A DNA stretch of 64,000 nt. Origin: Azolla caroliniana (lineage: Eukaryota > Plantae > Polypodiophyta). The stretch lies in contig JBHGNT010000017.1 of the NCBI GenBank assembly GCA_043228905.1, forward strand, positions 11,098,001 to 11,162,000. The letters are read 5' to 3'. This document shows, one piece after another, positions 25,391 to 34,520 of this stretch (the first letter of the stretch is position 1; each line of letters opens with the position of its first letter). The notes beneath the pieces are model-generated. The model was not told the DNA's origin. It saw only the letters and a program-made list of their open reading frames with translations, and ran no database searches. Made by a program: the position numbers and the translations under genes.

Positions 25391-25506
25391 GATTTGCCTT
25401 CCAATGTTATGGTTCATCCCGTATTCCACGTGAGTCGATTAAAGGAGTCGATTTGCCTTCCAATGTTATGGTTCATCCCGTATTCCACGTGAGTCGATTA
25501 AAGGAG
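25391..25506 (+). repeat. ~57-bp direct tandem duplication inside G2 integrase C-terminus
   Basis: GATTTGCCTTCCAATGTTATGG...GATTAAAGGAG occurs twice, separated by TC. Confidence 0.9.
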
Positions 25507-27106
25507 GTGACTGGTTATAATGATAATGTTGTATCACCGTCTAATTTGTCGACATTGGAAGATAATCATTTTGCTCTGCATGAGCCTGAGAAAATCCTCA
25601 ACCATAGGTCAAGAAACCTAAGGTCAAAGGTTGTTCATCACTATAAGGTTAAGTGGAAGGATAGATTGGAAGAAGAGAACACGTGGGAAACTGAAGAGAC
25701 ATTATGCAAACATTTTCCTAACTTCCCATTGTAAGAGTGCAATTAAACGAAGGGGGGGAGGGGAGTATGTAATGTTCATTGGTTTAGACGTGCTTATTTG
25801 GGGGCTATCATACTGTAATATTTGAGTCGTCGGCTTTATTGGACTGACCTAATGTGTGTCATTGGGTACCCCACACATGGTTGGTCAGGTAGATGTCATT
25901 ACATGGCCTAGGTCCTATAAATAGGGGATACTCTCCTTCGTCGAGGGGAGCCCCATGAGTGGTTCTAACAAAGCTCTCTTTATTGTGGACCAGTCATCCA
26001 CCAAGGTCTTGACGTGGAGATCCTAGCTAGTATGGGACAAATCGGGATTTCTCATCTGTGTTATCGACTCTGGCGTGGGGGCGGATAGGTGATAACGCGT
26101 ATTTTCAGTATGATTGTGTCACTTATGTCTTTATTTTCGTATTAATGATCTTGGTTATTACAATTTGCCTTTAAATTAAGGCAACTAAGATTTATTGCTT
26201 TGAGCCATGATCCTTATTAACTCCTCTCATTGTTTAACACACACCCATATGGCCATGGCCCATACCTCTCTCTTACTTTTCCCTACTTCAATGCACTCTT
26301 TCTCTCTCTTGTACTTTCCTCTCTCTATCCTCTAAGTGTGTATGTGCATTCTTTCCCATGCCATTAATTTTAGTGCACATCTTACACCTTTCCTTTTTCC
26401 TTTTCCTCTTGTACCTCAAGCACCCTCCATTTTACCGTTTTATTTGTGCATGTGCCAACAAATTGCTCCATGTTTGTGTGCTCTTGCACATCCTCATTTT
26501 GCCCCTTCTTCACGAATTTCTTGCCGTTGCCATGCATCTTCACGACAATGTTAGCATGATGCACTTGTAAACCGTCTCAATATTTTTGGTGATGATATCA
26601 ACCTCAAGTCAATCTTCCTATTGCAAGGAATTTAGCTAATTTGAAGGAGATGTCAAAAGGAGAACTCTTACTCTTAACCACATCAACAACATTCACATCA
26701 TTTGTTGTAGCATCAATCTTATCGGACACATCATATTGGTGAATCATTCTTTGACTATTATTTTCAACAACATGGTGTCTATATGAATATAACTACATGT
26801 TCTCACATATTCCAATGCCATTGACACTTTTGGATGCATGCAATTTGTTGAATCTCGTATACTTCTTATATTCATGGTATTGTACTTGCATTCTTGCACA
26901 CAATAAAATAAATGAGAACAGATATTAATGTTGTTTACTAGTAGTATGTGATTTGTTGTGACTCAGATACAACCTTTTGATGAAATTATGGAAGAGCAAA
27001 AATGTTAGCAAGAAGTTTGTTGAATAGCCTTGTTGCTTCAAGGAACTAGTGTGATGGATTGAAGAGAGCTTGAACAATGGAAAAAAGAGTATAAAATAAT
27101 GGAGGG

Positions 27107-27356
27107 CATAGTATGAACCATAACGTACCATACGTGCATTCGCATTCGAGAATGTTCCAATCATTCGAGTATGGTAAACACCCTCAAAGTATGGTAAATA
27201 CCATACTTTTGTATTCATTATTTATTATAAGCTAAGAAAAATTTTAAGGTATAAAGTGTAAAAAAAACATAAGACTGTTTTGATAACATACTCATTCGTT
27301 TTCATTCGTATGAATAAGAATGTTTGCCAATGCATTCGATTATATTGCATACTATG
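27107..27356. mobile_element. hAT-type MITE (250 bp)
   Basis: TIR CATAGTATG/CATACTATG; 8-bp TSD ATGGAGGG 27099-27106 / 27357-27364; internal CATTCG repeats. Confidence 0.85.
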
Positions 27357-28299
27357 ATGGAGGGTGTTACACTGACTACTTGACAAGCATTGATAGGGGG
27401 AATAAGCATTATTGTATGGATAAGATATTGCTACTAGCTGTAAATTAAGGTCAAGGTGGGAAGAAATTGGAAAGTTTTGAGTATGGTAATAGTTTGTAGT
27501 TAAAATATAGTCTCACACTCATAGTTGGCTTTGAATATGGTCAGAAAAATCAATTTATAAGCACAACACCTGATAAAAACCCAGCTTAAGAGAACTAGGT
27601 TTAGTAAAACTAACCGATAGAACCAAAACTGTAATGTGTTTTGGATGGGTATCACATGGTGTGGGAATACAAGAGCATGCCCACACATCAAGTTATTTTC
27701 ATGATATATTTTTGTCCTGAAAATCTTTACTTCTGAACTCAGTGAAGGGGCAACAATGTATGGGAATAGTTTGCCCATTTCTTAAAAAGGATCACATGAA
27801 CTGATTATGTACATGAAGGTTTTGGGGTGCTCTCCAGAAAATCAATAGCATGACATTTGGAAGTTGAAATCACCCACTAACATGATAGTGCGACCACAAA
27901 TGATCATATTTTGTATTTTCCAATATGCCAAAAAATAATCCATCAGTAATGAACATCCAAATCAGATTTGGAATGTCTTTAACCATTGGCCTTCTTCAGA
28001 TGATTCTTGAATTTAGAGCACATTGAACTCTTTAATAACCATATGTTTCCTAGCAGCTTTTTGGACGAAGTGAACTGTTTGGGAAGTCAAAAAATGATGG
28101 ACAAATATTTCTCAGGTTTCAGAATTAACGTTCCCCAACTGTCAAGAAAGTCAAAAGGCTCCACTCAGAGTCCCATGAAGGCATCAGTAATATAATAATA
28201 ATATGGTTTTTTCATACTCATGGGCCATGGCCATTTAGAATATCATCAAACATGTCTTTGTTCTTCCCTTGTGCATATTCCATGGAAACAAATGTTAGA

Positions 28300-28622
28300 A
28301 ATTATTCAAACTTTTTGTACTTGATTAGAGAGATTAGAGTGCAACTTGTTTTATCTTCAGACCTGGAAACTCGAATAAATCCATTATCCATCTTCTCAGC
28401 ACGCATACAAGTATATCTTTGTTTGCAAAGACACTAGAATTATTTGGAACACTTTACGCATAACCTTGCAAAAAAATTGTATGAGTGAGCATCCATTACC
28501 AATATCCGAACTATTACTAGGCTTCAATCAATCTTGCTGTATTTCTTTAAGTAGTTACAAGTTCCAACCAGAGATTAATGGATGTTTTACCTCACATCCA
28601 TCCATTACCAATATCCGAACTA
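28300..28622 (-). pseudogene. Fossil E+/DYW (PG/WW-box) coding sequence after the PPR stop
   Basis: Read-through gives W**FGYW*WMDVR*NIH*SLVG, resembling WKKPG.xWW.D..G.VH.F.VG; weaker QGYA..KDILVC..EK..IRV further on. Confidence 0.55.
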
Positions 28623-30467
28623 TTACCAGGCTTCAATTTTTATTCTCATAGCTTCAATTTTATCTGCTTCTGTTCGCATGGAAGCAGCTGCATAAATATT
28701 ACCCATGCAGACATATGCTGTTACATACTTTTCATCCAGTCGCACAGTATGTTCAAACGCTAATCTTCCTAATTCCACATTCTCCCATTTTTGACATGCA
28801 CCTAACAAAGCAGTCCACATCGGAAGGTAGTCGAGGGTTGGCATTTTCCTGATCATTCTTAACACCTTGTCGAAGTGGCCTGCACGGCCATAAAGACCAA
28901 TCATGCAACTGTGGTGCTCAAGTGTTGGGACAATGCTGTAGGATGCGCTCATTGATTCAAAGTACATTTCGGCCTTATCCAGCAAACCTGAGTGACTGCA
29001 TGCATTAAGCACAACAGTGAACGTAATGGAATCAGGTACCATACCCTCTCCAATCATTTTGTTAAATAATTCCAGAATACTGCAGTCCTTCCCGAGTTGT
29101 GCATAGCCAGCAAGAAGCACATTCCACGAAACTAAATCTCGGAATTGAAGTTGGTCAAATACATCTTGGGCTTTTGCAAGAGTGCCACACTTTGCATACA
29201 TATCAATCAACGCACTACCAACCATCACATCTTTTTCTAGCAACTTGTTAGTAATGGTATCAGAATGTATTTCTTTTCCCTTGTCGACTGCACCACTGCT
29301 GCCACAGGCTTTCAAAGCATAGACCACAGAAATGGCATCTGGTGAGAGCCCTTCATGTCGTATCTGTTCAAAACAGTTCAGTGCTTCTTCACCATATCCA
29401 TGTTGCACATATGCTGCAATAAGGGTATTCCAGGATGCAATATCTCGAATGCGAAGCTGGTCAAATACTTCTTGTGATTTCGAAGGTGTGCCACATTTGG
29501 CATACATATCCATCAAAGCAGTGCCAATTAACACATTTCTTTCCAGAAGTCCCTCTCGAAGAATCTTCCCATATATTTGGGTTCCTTTTTCCATCGCTCT
29601 CATGCTACCGCAAGCCTTCACAATACATAGAAAGGTTACAGAATTTGGGGAGAGGCCCTTCTGCTGCATCCGGTCAAAGGATTCGAGAGCTTCCTTGACA
29701 TATCCATATTGCACATATCCTGCAATGAGTGCATTCCACGAGATAATACTGCGGACAGCGAGTCTGTTAAAGGCTTCCTGTGCTTTACCGAGTGCACCAC
29801 ATTTAGCATACATATCCACTAAGGCTGTGCCAACAATAACATTATTCTTTGACAAACCCTCTGTAACTACCAATGCATGTATTTCTCTGCCTTTATCAGC
29901 AGCTCTGATATTGCTGCATGCTTTCAAGACACCAACAAAAGTCACAGGGTTCGGAGGACAGCCTTCCTTTTGCATCCTTTGGAAACACTTGAGTGCTTCT
30001 TCACCATATCCATTTTGTGCATACCCTGAGATCAGTGCATTCCAGGAAACAACATCCCGATACTGAAATTCTTCAAATACTTGCTGTGCTGTTGCAAGTG
30101 TACCACATTTTGCATAAAGATTGATTAAGGCATTCCTCAGATACATATCTTTTTCAAGTAGCTTTTGTTGGAGAATGTCCGCATGCAATTTCCTTCCATT
30201 CTCCAGATCCTTATGTTTCGCATACGCCTTGAGCAAGGCCACAATATCGTCTCGGAAGTTCTCGTGGCATGAGCGGTTAATTTCTGACTTCCGGCCTCTC
30301 TCCTCCAATATTGTCTGCGGGTTTTGCACTGATCCATCTTCGGTAGCAATCGCCCCTTTCTTTTCAAGCTCTCCTCGAACTGAAGGTGGGGTTCTGGTGC
30401 ACTGGTTGGTATTCCATGGTGATGCTTCTGTGTGTCTGTGCTGAAAGCCATGGGATGGAGACATGTT
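28623..30467 (-). CDS. PLS-class pentatricopeptide repeat protein, E-subgroup (organellar RNA-editing factor), exon 2
   Basis: Repeated P-L-S triplets (ALVDMYAKCG, VSWNALISGY, PN.VTF..LKAC), P2-L2-S2 and E motifs (WTALLGACQKWENVELG..YVCMGNIYA). Confidence 0.95.
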   Translation of the reverse strand, partial: NMSPSHGFQHRHTEASPWNTNQCTRTPPSVRGELEKKGAIATEDGSVQNPQTILEERGRKSEINRSCHENFRDDIVALLKAYAKHKDLENGRKLHADILQQKLLEKDMYLRNALINLYAKCGTLATAQQVFEEFQYRDVVSWNALISGYAQNGYGEEALKCFQRMQKEGCPPNPVTFVGVLKACSNIRAADKGREIHALVVTEGLSKNNVIVGTALVDMYAKCGALGKAQEAFNRLAVRSIISWNALIAGYVQYGYVKEALESFDRMQQKGLSPNSVTFLCIVKACGSMRAMEKGTQIYGKILREGLLERNVLIGTALMDMYAKCGTPSKSQEVFDQLRIRDIASWNTLIAAYVQHGYGEEALNCFEQIRHEGLSPDAISVVYALKACGSSGAVDKGKEIHSDTITNKLLEKDVMVGSALIDMYAKCGTLAKAQDVFDQLQFRDLVSWNVLLAGYAQLGKDCSILELFNKMIGEGMVPDSITFTVVLNACSHSGLLDKAEMYFESMSASYSIVPTLEHHSCMIGLYGRAGHFDKVLRMIRKMPTLDYLPMWTALLGACQKWENVELGRLAFEHTVRLDEKYVTAYVCMGNIYAAASMRTEADKIEAMRIKIEAW

Positions 30468-30617
30468 CTGTGATTAAAATCACTCTAGTCTGTGATGAAC
30501 CAGAAAGTGTGAATGGTCTTGCGATAAAACATATTATTGACTATCATGTATAGACAGGGGAAGAGATTTTGAGCAGCATCTGTAGAAGACGCAAGGAAAT
30601 AGTGTTTACTTACTTAC

Positions 30618-30752
30618 CTTCTTCTTTTTGTTGATGAGGGTGCTGCAGCAGCGGCATCCGGAGGGGCGGCGGGTGAAGAAGAAGTGTGGCCATAGCAGCG
30701 TCTGCGCCAACAGTACAATCGATAACGAAGACCATATCCTCCTCCTCGCCAT
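30618..30752 (-). CDS. Predicted exon 1 of the PPR gene (45-aa organellar targeting peptide)
   Basis: ATG at 30752 gives MARRRIWSSLSIVLLAQ...KKKK; donor AAG|GTAAGT at 30617; acceptor TTTTAATCACAG at 30468; phase-0 join in frame with the PPR ORF (about 659 aa total). Confidence 0.75.
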
Positions 30753-30889
30753 GTCTTCTTTCTTTGAATCCACGCTAAAACAGTCCCTATTATTCTGTCA
30801 TGCGCCACGCCCCTATTTCGTGGGGGTCCTTAAATAAAACATACGTATACATACAAAACAATAATAAGAAACGGACCCAAACTCAAGAA

Positions 30890-31016
30890 TCAGCTCGAAC
30901 CAAACCGAACTAAAACCAAACAGTTTATTTATAACCCAAGTCCCAAACCATTAATTTTTTTTGGAGCTAATAAACTGTTGAACCATGGCTTAACGGTTCG
31001 GTTTGGTTCGAGCTGA
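30890..31016. repeat. Fold-back / MITE-like inverted repeat in the PPR promoter
   Basis: 21-bp perfect IR TCAGCTCGAACCAAACCGAAC (30890-30910) vs 30996-31016; site-II-like TGGGCCCA adjacent at about 31020. Confidence 0.7.
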
Positions 31017-31380
31017 AATTGGGCCCATTGCCGGCTATATTCGTAATTGACTAATAAGGGGAGCCTTCGCCTCTAATCAAATGCCCCCCCCTTTGACAAA
31101 TCATTTGCCTCTTTCAAGAGGCGAACCTCCACTACCGCATGTTGCCTCCTGTCCGTTGTTGTTGTTGTTGCCATCACTACTTGTATGTGACATCTATTTG
31201 CATCACTTGGCGTGACCTTGTCATGACATGTCACTCTCCTCTTCTCTCTTCTCTCTTCTCCGTCTATCTCTTCAACAATCAATTCACTTTCTTCTCTCTC
31301 AACCTTTAACTCTTTCCCTTTTGTTTACTCTTTCACCCTTTTCCTTCCCCTTCTCAATTAACCTATAAACTCTACCCAAG

Positions 31381-31643
31381 ACTCTAGAGGGATAAACCTA
31401 AATTTCCCAAATACCCCTCCTACTCACCAATAATTCATCTTCATACAATATACTTTTCCTTTAGAAAAACATAACTCTAGAGGGATAAACCTAAATTTCC
31501 CAAATAGCCCTCCTACTCACCAATAATTCTTCATACAATATACTTTTCCTTTAGAAAAACATAACTCTAGAGGGATAAACCTTCCTACTCACCAATAATT
31601 CATCTTCATACAATATACTTTTCCTTTAGAAAAACATAACTCT
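31381..31643 (+). repeat. Three-copy tandem repeat (93/90/75 bp)
   Basis: ACTCTAGAGGGATAAACCT...TTTAGAAAAACATA units start at 31381, 31474, 31564. Confidence 0.92.
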
Positions 31644-34520
31644 CACACACATAACCTTACCCACTCCTTATACAAAAATAAAAACACATAACACTTACCA
31701 AGTATTTAAGAATTTAGACACATGTATAATATACATATCAAGAATGTATTCATATGGCCTCAAACCTATACACTTAATGTATTCAAACATACATGCCATA
31801 CTTATGAACAAACACATAGATATATAAGTTAATTACAAGGAATTTACATAAATACACTAGCTATAAATTCATAGGCATCATCCACACTTCCTCACGCATA
31901 CAAAAGCTCTGATGAGAAACTATTACAAGGACTGAAATCGACAACTCGAGCCAACCCATCCTCTCTTGTTCAATGTCTCAGTGGTCTTGCTCTTATTTCA
32001 CATGCACTCGTAACTTCGTGACACTATTACATCCGTGAAGCCTCATGCACAAAGGAACATGCCCTTATCCTAGAGATTGTACATAGTGACCCTCCCTTGA
32101 ACTCTACCTTGTTGGCGAGCAACATAAGCCTCGGGGCAACCGTCATCAATAAACCCCCCAATCCCACCTTTGCACTTGGTGATATGGGTTGGCTACTATG
32201 CTAATTGTTGAGAATCAAGCTCAACCTAACATTGTGTGTGAACACACACCCTTTGAGAATCTATGAACACTCAAAGGTCAAATGTCACACCATTACTCTC
32301 TACACATTAGTTGTGTGTCATAGAATCATATTCTATGACACATAACTAATGAGTTCCATATTCCCCATGACTAATGAGTCTTCACATTCCTCAAGGTTCT
32401 AGAGAGAGAGTGAACATTGTAGTGAGTTAATGAAGAGAGAGGGTGACCTTAGATAAAGCACCCTCCTCCTACTTCATAGAGTGCCGATTGTGACTCCTTG
32501 TAATGCTACATTTTGAATTTGTTATTCTCCTTGTTAATATACACCTTCTTTAGTACTTCATTTCTCTTTCATCCATCTATTTTGTGTTTTCTCTTCTCTC
32601 ATCTCTTTCCTCTCACACATACACATAATACACATCTCTTCTGCTGCACAAGAGTTATATCTGATTCTTTACATGGTATCAGAGTGGTTTGGTAGCTCGA
32701 TCTAGCCCACCGTTTGTGTTGTGCTCTACACTGAAGTTCAAGAAGAACTAGCTCATCGCTATCATAGTGCAACTACATAACTCGTGTTCGAGAGAGAAGG
32801 AAAAGAAGAAGGAGATCTTCATTGACAATGAATACTCAAATGGGGAGCGTTCTCCCTAGCGAGAAGTCGGATAGAAACAACTTTACATCTTGGGAGTACA
32901 AGATGCATCAATACGTTGTCAGCCAAGGCTATTGGAGCTACATCAAAGGAGCACAAGAAAATAGACCCAATCCAACAACCCCCGAATACTCAACATGGGG
33001 GCAAGCCGCGAGCCGAGTAATGTATTGCTTGGCGACATGTGTTCATGACCACATGCTCGTCTACATTTGAGAAGTCAAGATGCCGAAGGAAGCATGGGAG
33101 AATCTTAGGAAGATTTTTGTGGCCAATACAACCACACAAAAGCTTCAACTCCGCCAAGAGTTGAACAACATTCAACAAAGAGACATGTCCATCATGAACT
33201 ACACCTTAAAGATCAAGGAGCTTTGTGACTCGCTCAACTCAATAAGCGTCAACGTGGAGGATGATGAGATGGTGCAAATATGCCTCTACGGCCTTGCACC
33301 ATGGTTTGGCGTGATGAGGACCGCCGTACTAGCAAGGGGGAATCCTCCCTCCTTCTTCGATCTTCAATCCATGTTGTTGGTTGAAGAAAACCATGTTCGA
33401 ACAAGGAGCAACACCTCGGAAGGCCACATTCTCTACACACATTTGAATGGAGGAAGAGGATGTGACCGAGCCAGAGGCCGATTAAGCCAAGGACGAGGCG
33501 GATGAGGTCCGACTTACGAAAACAACTCCCAATTTCGGCAACAAGACAGAAGTCACCAAGGAACCTTCAGAAGAAGGGGGAGCTTCCATTCCGGCCTGAA
33601 CCGACAAACCTCGATCGAATGCGGATATTGTGGCAAAATCGGCCACCATGAAGAAGAGTGCCGAAAGAATAAGCGCGAGTTGGCTTCTACAAGTCAACAA
33701 CTAACCAGCTACGCCACAAATTCTGACCATGATACCATGGCGGAATGTTCGTGACGAGACATAGAGCAAATTCTATGTCGGCTTCTACTTTGAATAGTGC
33801 CTCTAGTTCAGAAGACGTATGGTTCATCGACTCCGATGCCTCGAACCATATGACATTTCATCAAGAATGGTTCCGAGAACTTCGAGAGTTGGACTGACCC
33901 GACTATGTCGAAACCGACAACGACACTACTCATTCGAGTTGACACATCGGCAATGTTCCATTAGGAAAAGAAGGTACAACCAAACTTACATTAAGAATGT
34001 CTTGCATGTACTTACCATTACGAAAAATTTGGTCTCCGTCAGCCAAATTGTTGAGCAAGAGATGCAAGTTCGATTTAATCAAGGCAGTTGCTTCATCGAG
34101 AAAGGGGGTCGACTCAACGAAGATTAATGGCGAAGAGAGGGCTGAATGTTCATTCTCAACTTGCACGAGATGAAATTGGCCATGTTTGCAAAGGGCACCA
34201 AAATCAATACTGACATAGAGTTATGACATAAGAGAATTGGCCATATCAATCTCAATAAAGTCAAGGCAATGCAATCAAAAGGAGTTTTTCGAAAAGAAGC
34301 TGGATCTATCACATGTTCAAATATTCGGCTCTATTGCATACGTGCACATCCCCGACGAGAAGCGACAAAAGCACGACCCAAAGTCAGAGAAATGTATCCT
34401 CATAGGATACTCACTAGAGCAAAAGGGGTACAAGTGCTATAACCCCTCGACTCGGAAGGTTCGCATGAGCCGAGATGTAGTCTTCGATGATTCGACATCA
34501 TGGTACAAACCCAAGCCGAC

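Larger units (their letters stand above)
15508..26162 (+). mobile_element. Degenerate Ty3/gypsy chromovirus G2 (gag-PR-RT-RH-IN-chromodomain, 3' LTR); 5' LTR not found
   Basis: gag DMVV|HEM split by C3; Zn knuckle about 22575; RT NDLRTGYHQ; RH ETDASDYA; IN; chromodomain EPEKILNHR..YKVKWK..NTWE (25580-25734); PPT 25750-25765; LTR TGTAAT..ATTACA 25768-26162. Confidence 0.85.

Noticed and set aside
26163-27100. Possible degraded RT/LINE fragments (also 31900-32200)
   Set aside because: No motif strong enough to call by eye
27500-27778. ORF containing ENNLMCGH, reminiscent of the DYW LCGH motif
   Set aside because: No flanking SEKLA or CxxC; too short to support
28560-28625. Stops after the PPR ORF being repaired by U-to-C RNA editing
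   Set aside because: Such editing is organellar; this is a nuclear gene and the region also has indels and a duplication
29332-30066. 244-aa ORF antisense to the PPR gene
   Set aside because: Shadow ORF mirroring PPR repeats
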